From Candidatus Latescibacterota bacterium (GTDB lineage Bacteria; Latescibacterota; UBA2968; UBA8231), in NCBI GenBank assembly GCA_965204725.1, contig OZ242005.1, positions 4,576,001 through 4,640,000 of the forward strand: DNA of 64,000 nt, given 5' to 3'. Below, in pieces: positions 19,675 to 29,208 of this stretch. Numbering within the stretch: position 1 is the stretch's first letter; every line of letters starts with the position of its first letter. A model generated the notes under the pieces. The model ran no database searches. It was given only the letters and a program-made list of their open reading frames with translations, and was not told where the DNA came from. Both the position numbers and the translations under genes were made by a program.

Positions 19675-21152
19675 GGCGCGCCGCCCAAGAGCGAGTGCGC
19701 GGCCTTGCGAGCGACCCCAGCCGTCAGCGAGGTCTGCATCCCCAATCCGATCGTTAGGGCGACGAGCAGCCATAGGGGAAGCTGCATCGAGAGGGGGGCT
19801 TCGGCGACCGGCGCGGCCCCTTCGGGGACCGGGCGGAAATAGGCGATCTCGACAAAGCGCCAAATATAGACCAGCGCCAGCAGCGAACTGAGCACCACGA
19901 GCGCGGCCACCGGCCACCACCCGCGCTCTATCGCGCCCAAGATCAAGTACCACTTGCTGATAAAGCCCACGGTAAAGGGCATGCCGACGAGCCCCAAGCC
20001 GGCGAGGACAAAGGCGCACGAAGTCAGGGGCAGGCGCTTGCCTAGCCCGCTGAGGTCGGCCAGTTGCAGGGATTGGACGCGGAGTACGATGCAGCCAGCC
20101 GCTAGGAAGAGCGCCGCCTTCATCAGGGCGTGATTGAAGAGGTGGACGATCCCGCCAGTCAGGCCAGTGGCCGAGCCTAAGCTGATGCCGAGCATGGCAT
20201 AGCCGATTTGCGCCACGCTTGAATAGGCCAAAAGCCGCTTGAGATCGGTCTGGTAAATGGCCACGGCCGAGGCGATAAAAATGCCGAGCAGCACCAGCGG
20301 CAAGAGCAGGACATCGAGATGCATGGTCTCAAAGGCGAAGGCCGCGCCGAAGATCGTAAAGACGAAGCGCAGGAAGGCGTACACGGCGATCTTGGTCGCC
20401 GTTGCCGCGATAAAGGCGGTGACGGCCGAAGGGGCATAAGTATAGGCGTTGGGCAACCAGATATGCAGCGGGAAGAGCGCCATCTTGAGGGTGAAGCCTA
20501 CGCTTATAAAGGCAAAGGCCACCTCAATGGTGCGGGTGTTGGCAACGGCTTTGATCCGCGTGGCGAGATCGGCCATGTTGAGCGTGCCGGTCATCGCGTA
20601 CATCAGGCCGATGCCAATTAGGATAAAGGTCGCGCCGATCGTGCCCAAGATCAGGTAGTTATAGGTCGCCATTAGGGCGCGGCGATCCCGGCCGAGGCTA
20701 ATCAGCCCATAGGCCGAAAGCGACGATATCTCCATAAAGACAAAGACGTTAAAGGCGTCGCCGGTAATGGCAATGCCCAGCAGCCCAGCGAGACAAAGCA
20801 GAAAGACCGCGCAGAAATACGGGCGGCGCTCGGCGTCGATCTCGCGCGCCGCACTCGTTGGCGCGTAGGTCAGGACCACGGCGCCGATCAGCGCCACCAG
20901 CAAGAGCAGATACGCATTGAGGACATCTACCCGGTACTCGATGCCCCACGGCGCGCTCCAGCCGCCCAAGGCGTAGGAGATGGGGCCGTGGGAGAGCACG
21001 TGCTGCAATAGCAGCCCGGCCAGTGCCAGTGTGCCCCAGCCGACGATCACGACAAACGGCCACAGCAAGCGCTGCGGACGCAGCACTAGACAGATGGGCG
21101 CAGCGACCAGCGGCAAGACGACCTGCAGGGCGGGTAGATGGGCGGCGATCAC
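19671..21152 (-). CDS. mrpD: Mrp antiporter subunit D
   Basis: DAFNVFVFMEISS, PLHIWLPNAY, LKRLLAYSSVAQIGY. Confidence 0.92.
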   Translation of the reverse strand: MIAAHLPALQVVLPLVAAPICLVLRPQRLLWPFVVIVGWGTLALAGLLLQHVLSHGPISYALGGWSAPWGIEYRVDVLNAYLLLLVALIGAVVLTYAPTSAAREIDAERRPYFCAVFLLCLAGLLGIAITGDAFNVFVFMEISSLSAYGLISLGRDRRALMATYNYLILGTIGATFILIGIGLMYAMTGTLNMADLATRIKAVANTRTIEVAFAFISVGFTLKMALFPLHIWLPNAYTYAPSAVTAFIAATATKIAVYAFLRFVFTIFGAAFAFETMHLDVLLLPLVLLGIFIASAVAIYQTDLKRLLAYSSVAQIGYAMLGISLGSATGLTGGIVHLFNHALMKAALFLAAGCIVLRVQSLQLADLSGLGKRLPLTSCAFVLAGLGLVGMPFTVGFISKWYLILGAIERGWWPVAALVVLSSLLALVYIWRFVEIAYFRPVPEGAAPVAEAPLSMQLPLWLLVALTIGLGMQTSLTAGVARKAAHSLLGGAP

Positions 21153-21505
21153 GACCCCTCTTCCCGGTGCTGGATTGTGTCCTCTTCGATGGTTCCGTAG
21201 GCCGCACGGATGCGCACCACGAGCGCCAATCCCACAGCGGTGGTAGCGATGCCGACGACAATGGCGGTGAGGATGAGGACGTGGGGCAGTGGATTGGAAT
21301 ACGTCGTCACCCCTTCGGCGAGGATGGGCGCGGTCCCCCCCTCCACTTTGCCGAGGCTAATGTAGAGCAAAAAAACCGAGGTCTGGAAGATGTTGAGGCC
21401 GATTAGCTTCCTAATCAGGTTGCCGCAGGCGATGACGTTGTAAAAACCGGCCATCATCAGGAAAATGACGATCCAGTAGTTGTACAGACCGAGAACCGAA
21501 CTCAT
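21149..21505 (-). CDS. mrpC: Mrp antiporter subunit C
   Basis: NPLPHVLILTAIVVG. Confidence 0.93.
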   Translation of the reverse strand: MSSVLGLYNYWIVIFLMMAGFYNVIACGNLIRKLIGLNIFQTSVFLLYISLGKVEGGTAPILAEGVTTYSNPLPHVLILTAIVVGIATTAVGLALVVRIRAAYGTIEEDTIQHREEGS

Positions 21506-22467
21506 GGCCGCCCTCGGCTGGCGAAGTGGCAGAAGGTGTTGATTACGACGGCGGCCACGGTAATGCCAACCCCTAGCTCAATCAGCAAAATGCCATAGTG
21601 CTCGCCGTGGCTAGGATCGCTGGCCAGCACCTTGTATTCGAGGAAATTGCCGCCGGCCCAGAGGCAGGCCAAGCCAGTGCCAATGTAGAGCAGGAGCCCC
21701 AAGGCGAAAAAGACGCGGACGCGGCCCGCCGGGGCCACTCGGCGCGCCTCCTCGACCCCGTAAATCAGGGCGTAGAGAATAAAGGCCGCGGCAAAAATCA
21801 CGCCCGCTTGGAACCCACCGCCCGGGCCGAAGTCGCCGTGGAACTGCACGTAGAGGGCAAAGAGCAGAATCAGCGGGATGATGATCTTGGAGACGACGCG
21901 GAGAATCATCGCGTGGCGCATGGACTCGCCGTCGTCCTGCGGGGGACAGCGGTCGTGCAAGAGCAAGAGCACCACCAAGCCGGCGGTGAAAATCACTGCG
22001 ACCTCGCCCAAGGTGTCGTAGCCGCGGTAGCTGGCCAGCACGGAGGTGACCATGTTGGGGATGCCGATTTCCGCGGGAGACTCGGTGATATAGCGGGGGG
22101 CTACGTGCTGGTGGACCGGAGCGTCGGGGTCGCCCAGGTGCGGCATATCGAGCGTACCATAGATGAGCGCCCCGCCGGTCAGGAGGCAGACGGCGAGGCC
22201 GCTCCAAGAGTGTTGAGGCCGGGTCTTTTCTTGCGGCCCGGTCGAAGAGAGCGCGGCCAGAAAGAGGACCGTCGCCAAGCCGGCCCCGACCGCCGCTTCG
22301 GTGAAAGCCACATCGACCGCGTCGAGGGTGGTGAAGATACAAGCCGAGAGCAGGCTGAAGATGCCGGTGAGCACCACCGCGGCAAAAAGGTCTCGCACTT
22401 GAATAATGGCCACGGCGATGATGGCGAGGAACGTCATCAGGGCGATGCCAACGAGCGCGATCGTCAC
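21502..22467 (-). CDS. mrpB: Mrp antiporter subunit B (DUF4040-MnhB fusion)
   Basis: GTG start at 22467; AVDVAFTEAAVGAG, YRGYDTLGE, GPGGGFQAG. Confidence 0.9.
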   Translation of the reverse strand: MTIALVGIALMTFLAIIAVAIIQVRDLFAAVVLTGIFSLLSACIFTTLDAVDVAFTEAAVGAGLATVLFLAALSSTGPQEKTRPQHSWSGLAVCLLTGGALIYGTLDMPHLGDPDAPVHQHVAPRYITESPAEIGIPNMVTSVLASYRGYDTLGEVAVIFTAGLVVLLLLHDRCPPQDDGESMRHAMILRVVSKIIIPLILLFALYVQFHGDFGPGGGFQAGVIFAAAFILYALIYGVEEARRVAPAGRVRVFFALGLLLYIGTGLACLWAGGNFLEYKVLASDPSHGEHYGILLIELGVGITVAAVVINTFCHFASRGRP

Positions 22468-22778
22468 GGTTTTTCCCCAGTGCCTTGGGGGACGAGCCCA
22501 CTGTGCCGCGCTGCGCGGGCAATGGCGTGGGTGGCGACCGGGCTGACCAGCAGCAAGAAGATCGCGATCATCACCAGCTTGACGGTGACCAGCGACAGAC
22601 CGCTCTGGAACCCAAGCCCCAACAGGACCAGCCCCGCGCCCAACGTATCGGTGACGCCGCTGCCGTGTATGCGGCTGTAGAAGTCGGGCAGCCGCAGAAG
22701 GCCCAAGCCGCCGATGAAGCAAAAGCCGGCCCCGAACAACAGACAAGCCCAGCTCGCATAGTAGAGCAGTGCTTCCAT
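22464..22778 (-). CDS. mrpG: Mrp antiporter subunit G
   Basis: GLLRLPDFYSRIH, DTLG, PVATHAIARAA. Confidence 0.92.
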   Translation of the reverse strand: MEALLYYASWACLLFGAGFCFIGGLGLLRLPDFYSRIHGSGVTDTLGAGLVLLGLGFQSGLSLVTVKLVMIAIFLLLVSPVATHAIARAARHSGLVPQGTGEKP

Positions 22779-23044
22779 CAGGCGCGGACCTCCTCCTCGC
22801 CAGCGGTCGAGACGTATTTGAGGATGGCGATCGTGCCGATGAAGTTGATGAGCGCATAGACCAGCCCCAAGTCGAGAAAATCGGGCCGGCCGGTCAAAAA
22901 GCCGATGACCGACAAAAGCAACACGGTCTTGGTGCCGAACATGTTGACGGCGAGTACGCGATCGTACACGGTGGGGCCTTTTAAGGCGCGGACTAGGGCT
23001 AGCAGCATGGTCGCCAGCACCCCAAGCATGGCCGCGGCAAACAC
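22778..23044 (-). CDS. mrpF: Mrp antiporter subunit F
   Basis: GPTVYDRVLA, YALINFIGT. Confidence 0.92.
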   Translation of the reverse strand: MFAAAMLGVLATMLLALVRALKGPTVYDRVLAVNMFGTKTVLLLSVIGFLTGRPDFLDLGLVYALINFIGTIAILKYVSTAGEEEVRA

Positions 23045-23532
23045 TAGCTTTCTCCCTCCAAGTCGGTTACGCGGCCGTCCATACCCCCAGCGCGCACGTC
23101 CTCGGCGGCTTCGTCGGTCAAGGCGTGGACATCAATGGTGCCTTCGTCGGTCTCAACGGCGACCGTGCCCGGCGTCAGGGTGATGGAGTTGGCGTAAATG
23201 ACTTGTCCCAAGTGGGTTTTTTGGCTCGCCGCGACTCGGATTACGCGGGGCGACATGGGCAGCCGTGGATGTACGATCCGCCGTGCGACATCGATATTGG
23301 CTTTGATTATCGCCCAGAGGAGCCAAGGCACATAGCGCAACGTGCCGATAATGAGGTGATTGGGGTGCCCTTCGAGATCGACGATCTGCATGCGGCGGCA
23401 GACGGCGACGACCAAAAGGCACGAGAGGACGCCCAATCCTAGGAGCAGGCCCGTGTAGATGCCCGACAAAAGCAGCCACGTCAAAAAAAGCAGGGCGAAA
23501 AGACTGAGCGTTCTAGATGGTATGTTTGGCAA
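23044..23532 (-). CDS. mrpE: Mrp antiporter subunit E
   Basis: ANSITLTPGT, VHAL. Confidence 0.92.
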   Translation of the reverse strand: MPNIPSRTLSLFALLFLTWLLLSGIYTGLLLGLGVLSCLLVVAVCRRMQIVDLEGHPNHLIIGTLRYVPWLLWAIIKANIDVARRIVHPRLPMSPRVIRVAASQKTHLGQVIYANSITLTPGTVAVETDEGTIDVHALTDEAAEDVRAGGMDGRVTDLEGES

Positions 23533-23653
23533 AATAGGCCCTCTTTCTCCGCGAAATACGCGGCCCTAATTTCTGCAATTGCACGCCGCGAGGCAAGCAG
23601 CCTTAGCGACGCCCCGGCAGCCGACTTCAGAGGCGTTTATCGCTTTGATCCGC

Positions 23654-24448
23654 TCAGCGATTGACGACCCAGTACGTCGTCCCGATCTCTTTTGAACCTG
23701 TGTATGGCTGGCCGTCGTGGGAGCCAAAAAGCTGCCAGCGGCTAAATCCCGCTAGGCGCAGCAACAGTTGAAACTCTTCTTTATAGATCCACCGCGCCGT
23801 CATGGGCACTACCGCTGTTGCTCCATCGTAGGTGAAAAACCACTGGTAGTGCTCAGTCTGCTCGCCCAGATCAACGGTCTTCTCGAACCAGACGCTGATT
23901 CGGCGGCCTGTTTGGGGGTGGGTAAATTCGCCGAATGTCTCCAGCGACGGGGACGGATTGACGTGGGTAAGCAGGTCGTCGGCAAGCGACGGGATGTAGA
24001 AGTTCATCAGCAGCCGACCGCGAGGTGCCAGATGGGCACGGATGCGTTTGAGACAGGTGATTTGGGCTGCTTGGCTGGGCAAGAGCATAAACGAGCTGGC
24101 CGGAATCAGGATGGCCGCCAAGGACTGGTCGTAGCAGAAGTCAACCATGTCCTGACAGCAGACTCGGCGGTCAATAGCCCCTAGCCCTAGGGCCGCTGCC
24201 TTGCGGCGCAAAACGGCCAGCATCCCGGCGGCGCAATCGAAACCCCTGATGTCAACGCCCTCGCGCAAAAGGCGAAGCAGAATCGAACCTGTGCCACAAG
24301 CTGCTTCGAGGACTGGCCCTTCCTCTCCGGCGAGCTGCCTGCTGTAAAATTGGAACTCGCGCTCGTGCGTCTGCTGCCTCGCGCCCCGCTCATTCCACTG
24401 GTCGTATATCAGCGACCACCAAGGATTGTCGTAATTGGCTTCAGGCAC
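23654..24448 (-). CDS. Class I SAM-dependent methyltransferase
   Basis: VLEAACGTG motif I. Confidence 0.85.
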   Translation of the reverse strand: MPEANYDNPWWSLIYDQWNERGARQQTHEREFQFYSRQLAGEEGPVLEAACGTGSILLRLLREGVDIRGFDCAAGMLAVLRRKAAALGLGAIDRRVCCQDMVDFCYDQSLAAILIPASSFMLLPSQAAQITCLKRIRAHLAPRGRLLMNFYIPSLADDLLTHVNPSPSLETFGEFTHPQTGRRISVWFEKTVDLGEQTEHYQWFFTYDGATAVVPMTARWIYKEEFQLLLRLAGFSRWQLFGSHDGQPYTGSKEIGTTYWVVNR

Positions 24449-24538
24449 AAGCGCAGGCCCTCCAGTATGGGCGCGGCCCGGTCGGCTGCTTCATTACACT
24501 GCTCAATCGTTCTGGTCGCCCTCGCCGGACCCTACTAT

Positions 24539-24560
24539 TATTGCTATAGTAATAGCAATA
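24539..24560. promoter_or_regulatory. Perfect 9-4-9 palindromic operator candidate in divergent promoter region
   Basis: TATTGCTAT-agta-ATAGCAATA. Confidence 0.6.
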
Positions 24561-24640
24561 TAGGATATATGCCCGACTGGGGCGGGCAGCACCCGCGCAT
24601 CACGAGGCATTACTCAGGCTACAACGACGGAGAAAAGGTC

Positions 24641-25516
24641 ATGCTGACTCAAGAACAAGTCGCCAACTACCACGAAAAAGGCTACCTCGGCGTTGAGGGG
24701 GTATTGACCCCCGGAGAAGTAGCGGCACTGCGGCAGGTCACCGACGAGTTCGTGGAGCGGTCACGGGCCGCGACCGAAAGCGATGCCACATTCGACTTGG
24801 AGCCGGGGCACTCGCCCGATAGCCCCAAGCTGCGGCGGCTCAAAAGCCCGGTCGCCCAGCACGAAATGTACCGCAGCACCCTGCACCACGAGCGGATTCT
24901 GGCCATCGTCGCCCAGCTAATCGGCCCGCGCATCCGCACCAATGGCGACAAGCTCAACATGAAGTCCGGGGCGTTCGGCAGCCCGGTGGAGTGGCATCAG
25001 GACTGGGCTTTTTATCCGCACACCAACGACGACCTGCTCGCCGTGGGCGTGTGCATCGACGACATGAACGAGACCAATGGCTGCTTGCTGGTCATCCCCG
25101 GGTCGCATAAGGGACCGATTTACAACCACCATCTCGACGGTCGTTTTGCCGGTGCGGTGACTGCGGCGGATTTCGACGACGCGGCGGCCGAAAAGATCGA
25201 GCTAAAAGCCGGCGGCATCTCTATCCACCACGTCCGCGCCCTGCATGGCTCCCTGCCCAACACCTCGCCCCATCCGCGTCGGCTCCTGCTCTTGCAGTAT
25301 TGCGCGGGCGATTCTTGGCCCCTAGTGCCGGCGCCCGATTGGGAGGGCTATTGCCGGACCTTTGTGCGCGGCGAGCCGAGCCGGCACATCCGCGTCGCAG
25401 ACGTGCCGGTGAGCATGCCGATGCCCGGCGCCAAAGTCGGCGGCTCCATCTACGCCACCCAGACCGTATTGCGCCACTCGACCTTCGGCTCGGTGAAAGC
25501 CGCCCAGTCCGGCTAA
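24641..25516 (+). CDS. Phytanoyl-CoA dioxygenase (PhyH) family protein
   Basis: MLTQEQV start; WHQDWAFYPHTN, NGCLLVIPGSH, HGSLPN. Confidence 0.9.
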   Translation: MLTQEQVANYHEKGYLGVEGVLTPGEVAALRQVTDEFVERSRAATESDATFDLEPGHSPDSPKLRRLKSPVAQHEMYRSTLHHERILAIVAQLIGPRIRTNGDKLNMKSGAFGSPVEWHQDWAFYPHTNDDLLAVGVCIDDMNETNGCLLVIPGSHKGPIYNHHLDGRFAGAVTAADFDDAAAEKIELKAGGISIHHVRALHGSLPNTSPHPRRLLLLQYCAGDSWPLVPAPDWEGYCRTFVRGEPSRHIRVADVPVSMPMPGAKVGGSIYATQTVLRHSTFGSVKAAQSG

Positions 25517-25540
25517 CACCGCACACTGTGTGCTGCGGCC

Positions 25541-25681
25541 ATGAACCTGCAACACTTGCGCTACTTTCTCGCCGTAGCGCGCACGGGCGGCTTTGCCCAA
25601 GCCGCGCGGCTCTTGCTCGAAGCCGTGTTTGCCGCTTACGGCGGGTGGGACGAATGGATGGCGGAGAGCTCCGCCAAGTAG
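25541..25681 (+). pseudogene. LysR regulator remnant (start of HTH only)
   Basis: Manual translation MNLQHLRYFLAVARTGGFAQAARLL, then unrelated sequence and a stop after 46 aa. Confidence 0.75.
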
Positions 25682-25739
25682 TATCTTTTTCATCAATGAC
25701 AGCCTAATTTACGTCTCATCTTCTTTGGGTGACTATCCT

Positions 25740-26057
25740 ATGATGATCAAGTATCTATTTAGCTCTTCTGGCCAGTGGATAGCTTTTAAGAGCGATAAAT
25801 ATGTATTTGACACCAACGGCAACTGGATTGGCTGGACTCCTTGGAACGATGGTTATGTCTGCGCCCCTAATGGCGAGTACCTTGGTACGATAACGCAAAA
25901 CAAGCGATTGTATCGATTCTATGCTCGACCCAATAGAGGCTATCCCGGTTATCCCGGTTATCCCGACTATTCCGGCTATCCCGGCTATCCCGGCTACGCA
26001 AGCTATTCACCGTTGCCGCCATTTGCTGAAGACATCGAAGAACTAGAAACTGTTTGA
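25740..26057 (+). CDS. Small protein resembling 4-fold beta-flower family with GYP-repeat tail
   Basis: Repeated units YLFSSSGQWIAF / YVFDTNGNWIGW / VCAPNGEYLGT, then GYPGYPGYPDYSGYPGYPGY; AT-richer than flanks. Confidence 0.65.
   Translation: MMIKYLFSSSGQWIAFKSDKYVFDTNGNWIGWTPWNDGYVCAPNGEYLGTITQNKRLYRFYARPNRGYPGYPGYPDYSGYPGYPGYASYSPLPPFAEDIEELETV
25938..25997 (+). repeat. 9-bp in-frame tandem repeat (GGYTATCCC)n
   Basis: ggctatcccggttatcccggttatcccgactattccggctatcccggctatcccggctac. Confidence 0.9.
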
Positions 26058-26734
26058 TGTCATCGCCCTTCAAGCACTACCCCTCTGAGCCAAATTGTCG
26101 GCAGTGTGGGAATGCCTTTACTCTCCTCTGCAACGCTCACGATACATCGGGTTCCTTCCTCGAAGTGTTCAATACTACGAGAAAGGGGCGCAACGCTAGA
26201 GGAGCGGCCACTGATAAAGACCAAGATCTCCTCAGAGCAATGCTCACCTTTGCCTGCGCGGGTCTGGACTCTCTAGTAAAGCAACTGATAAAGGATGCCT
26301 TACCTGATGTGATCAATTGCAATGAAGCCGCTGAGCGAACGTTTCGCACAGATATTGAACGGCGAGTCCGCAGGGGGGAGGAGATTGACCACAGGTTTCT
26401 CGCTGATGTTCTCACTCGGCAAAGACCGCGAGATCGGCTCATCGAGATTCTGGTTTCGGACCTCACCTCACAAAGTTTGCAGTCGAAAGACCAACTGCTG
26501 AGGGTTGGTTCGTTTTTTGATATCCAGTCCGATTTAATCACACCCGACCCAAACGACCTAGCTAAGATATTCACGGCACGTAATCAGATTGTCCACGAAA
26601 TGGACATATATTTCTCTCCAACCGATGGGAATAGACGCTCTCGAACCAAGCAGGATATGGTCGCTGCTGCGAACGAGATTTTCAGGGTCTCGAAAGTCTT
26701 CTTGGAAGAGGTTGAGCACAAGCTGACAATCTGA
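26057..26734 (+). CDS. HEPN-domain protein (putative RNase)
   Basis: Helical protein with DLLRAML..ACAGLDS and R-x4-H motif RNQIVH; ATG overlaps upstream stop (TGATG). Confidence 0.7.
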   Translation: MSSPFKHYPSEPNCRQCGNAFTLLCNAHDTSGSFLEVFNTTRKGRNARGAATDKDQDLLRAMLTFACAGLDSLVKQLIKDALPDVINCNEAAERTFRTDIERRVRRGEEIDHRFLADVLTRQRPRDRLIEILVSDLTSQSLQSKDQLLRVGSFFDIQSDLITPDPNDLAKIFTARNQIVHEMDIYFSPTDGNRRSRTKQDMVAAANEIFRVSKVFLEEVEHKLTI

Positions 26735-26782
26735 TGTGCCAACCCAGCCGACCCCTAAGTCCCCGACCGTAGAAGTGGTGTG

Positions 26783-26840
26783 AGATGCTTCGCTTGCGCT
26801 CAGCATGACCGACCGCCTCTGTCATGCTGAGCGCAGTGCG
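26783..26840. repeat. REP/MITE-like palindrome
   Basis: 15-bp stem TGCGCTCAGCATGAC...GTCATGCTGAGCGCA preceded by AGATGCTTCGCT. Confidence 0.6.
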
Positions 26841-26954
26841 ACCGCGCCCCCCAGATTTGCTTTCTAGCGGCCTTTTCTGTAGCCCCTTCCCGCCTTGCCA
26901 CGATTCTCGCCAGCGGCGTTCTTAATTTTTAACCCAAAACTGAGAGCAAGCATT

Positions 26955-28316
26955 ATGATCGACCCAAAGGCCGTGCGCGCCCATCCCGACGCCCTGCGCG
27001 AAGCGATCCGGGTGCGGAAAGTTGACCCGGCCAAAGCCAATGTGGATCGCTGGTTGGCCCTCGACGCGGCGCGACAACAGTTGCAACGAGACATCGACGC
27101 GCTCAATAGCCAAAAAAAGCAACTAGCGCGGCTCGGCCGCACCGACCCGGACGCGGCGCGCCAACAGGGACGGGAGTTGCGCGAGCGCGGGCGGGTGCTG
27201 GAGCACGAGTTGGAAACCATCGTCGCCGAGTGGCAAGCCATCATGGATTGGTTCCCCAACTGGCCGCATCCCGACATGCCCACCGGGGCTAGCGAGGAAG
27301 ACAACGTCGAGGAGAAAGCCTGGATTCCGGGGCGGGGCTACCTAGCCGCCGACAAGCTGGGCCGTGGAAACACCAGCGCACCATACATGCCCAAGCGGCC
27401 CCTGCACGCCCCAGACGATGCGTTCGCGCCCCTCCATCACGCCGAGCTCGGCGTCCGATTGGGCGGCATTGACACCTTGCAGGGCGGCCAAGTCTCCGGC
27501 TCGCGCTTTGCCTATTTGCGCGGCGATGTGGCGCGGATGCAATACGCCCTGAGCCAACTCCTCATTGACGAACTGTTAAGGCGCGGGTACGAGATGTTCG
27601 TGCCGCCGCTCCTAGTGAGAGCGCGGGCACTATACGGCACCTCGCACTTTCCCGAAGGGCGCGACCAAGTCTATGCGATCAAAACCGATAACGTAGAAGA
27701 AGGGGCCGAGCTTTTTCTCGTCGGGTCGTCTGAGCCAGCTAATTTCAGCTACTTCATGAACCAGACCTTGAGCGCGGCCGAGTTGCCAGTCAAGCTCTTC
27801 GCCTATACGGCCTGCTTTCGCTCGGAAGCCGGGTCTTGGGGCCAAGACGTCAAGGGCATCAAGCGCATGCACCAATTCGACAAAATCGAAATGAACGCCG
27901 TGTGCCTGCCCGAGCAATCCGAGGCCCTGTACGAAGAATTTGGCCAAATCAACGAATGGCTCCTGCAAAAGCTGGCCTTGCCCTACCGGGTCGTCGATAA
28001 GTGCCACGGCGACGCCGGCTACTTAGCCAGCCATCGGCAGCGGGACGTGGACGTGTGGATGTCTGGGGCGGGCGAGTTCATGGAGGTAATGACCGACACC
28101 AACGCCACGGACTATCAGGCCCGGCGCTTGAACATCCGCTACAAGGGCGCGGGCGGGCGGGGTTTTTGCCACCTCGTCAACGACACGGGTTGCGCGATGG
28201 GCCGGCTGCTGATCGCCATTTTGGACAACTATCAACAACCCGACGGCGCGGTGCAGGTCCCCGAAGCCTTGCAACGGGTCGTGCAGAAAAGCGTCCTGCA
28301 ACCCAAAGGCGCGTGA
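26955..28316 (+). CDS. serS: Serine--tRNA ligase
   Basis: N-terminal coiled coil, VSGSRFAYL, CFRSEAGSWGQDVKGIKRMHQFDKIE, TDYQARRLNIRY, LDNYQQPDG. Confidence 0.95.
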   Translation: MIDPKAVRAHPDALREAIRVRKVDPAKANVDRWLALDAARQQLQRDIDALNSQKKQLARLGRTDPDAARQQGRELRERGRVLEHELETIVAEWQAIMDWFPNWPHPDMPTGASEEDNVEEKAWIPGRGYLAADKLGRGNTSAPYMPKRPLHAPDDAFAPLHHAELGVRLGGIDTLQGGQVSGSRFAYLRGDVARMQYALSQLLIDELLRRGYEMFVPPLLVRARALYGTSHFPEGRDQVYAIKTDNVEEGAELFLVGSSEPANFSYFMNQTLSAAELPVKLFAYTACFRSEAGSWGQDVKGIKRMHQFDKIEMNAVCLPEQSEALYEEFGQINEWLLQKLALPYRVVDKCHGDAGYLASHRQRDVDVWMSGAGEFMEVMTDTNATDYQARRLNIRYKGAGGRGFCHLVNDTGCAMGRLLIAILDNYQQPDGAVQVPEALQRVVQKSVLQPKGA

Positions 28317-29194
28317 TGGGCGAGCGACTCGATGGCCGGGCGATTGCGGCCCAAGTGCAAGAAGAGCTGCGGGCAGACATCGCGCTCCTAAAGCGAGAGC
28401 ACGGTCTGGTGCCGGGTTTGGCGGTCGTGCTGGTGGGGGACGATCCGGCCTCGCTGTCCTACGTGCGCGCCAAGGGCCGGGCGTGCGAAGCCCTCGGCAT
28501 TCACTCCGTGCAAGTAGATCTGCCGGCCAACGCCGCGACCGCGGATGTGCTGGCCACGGTCGAGCGGCTCAACGCCGACGACGCGATCCACGGCATCTTG
28601 GTGCAGCTACCGCTGCCGGGCCAAGACGAGCAACAAGTTCTCAACGCCATTGACCCAGACAAGGATGTCGATGGCTTGCACCCGGTCAATTTGGGCCGCC
28701 TCGTGCGGCAGGAGGAGTGCTTTTGGCCCTGTACGCCGCACGGGGTTTTGCAGATCCTCAGCCGTAGCGGGGTCGAGGTGGCCGGCCAGCACGTGGTCGT
28801 AGTTGGCCGCAGTACGCTCGTGGGGCGGCCCGTAGCCATCTTGCTGGGGCACAAGGCGGCCGGGGCCAACGCCACGGTGACCCTGTGTCACACCCGCACC
28901 CGCGACCTCGGGCACTTTACGCGCCAAGCGGACATCCTAGTGGTGGCGGCTGGGTTTCCTCGCGGGATCACGGCGGATATGGTCAAAGAGGACGCGGTAG
29001 TAATCGACGTGGGCATCAACCAAGTAGAAGACCCCTCGCGCGAGCGCGGCTGGCGGCTCGTCGGCGACGTAGATTACCAACAGGTGCGCCCCAAGGTCCG
29101 TGCGATCACGCCCGTGCCCAACGGGGTCGGGCCGATGACGATCGCGCTGTTGCTCCACAACACCGTGCGGGCGGCCAAGCGCAAAGTTAGATAG
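28316..29194 (+). CDS. folD: Bifunctional methylenetetrahydrofolate dehydrogenase/cyclohydrolase
   Basis: GILVQLPLP, KDVDGLHP, PCTP, ITPVPNGVGPMT; TGATG coupling to serS. Confidence 0.97.
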   Translation: MGERLDGRAIAAQVQEELRADIALLKREHGLVPGLAVVLVGDDPASLSYVRAKGRACEALGIHSVQVDLPANAATADVLATVERLNADDAIHGILVQLPLPGQDEQQVLNAIDPDKDVDGLHPVNLGRLVRQEECFWPCTPHGVLQILSRSGVEVAGQHVVVVGRSTLVGRPVAILLGHKAAGANATVTLCHTRTRDLGHFTRQADILVVAAGFPRGITADMVKEDAVVIDVGINQVEDPSRERGWRLVGDVDYQQVRPKVRAITPVPNGVGPMTIALLLHNTVRAAKRKVR

Positions 29195-29208
29195 TGGGAG
29201 ACTACACC

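Noticed and set aside
21598-22680. Long antisense and alternate-frame ORFs (also 29578-30597, 31172-32101, 44130-45137, 48940-49839)
   Set aside because: Shadow ORFs of well-supported genes in GC-rich DNA with no recognisable motifs.
16247-23532. Three MrpD-like subunits and no canonical MrpA as a novelty
   Set aside because: EFGBCDD-type Mrp operons with several D-like subunits are a known arrangement.
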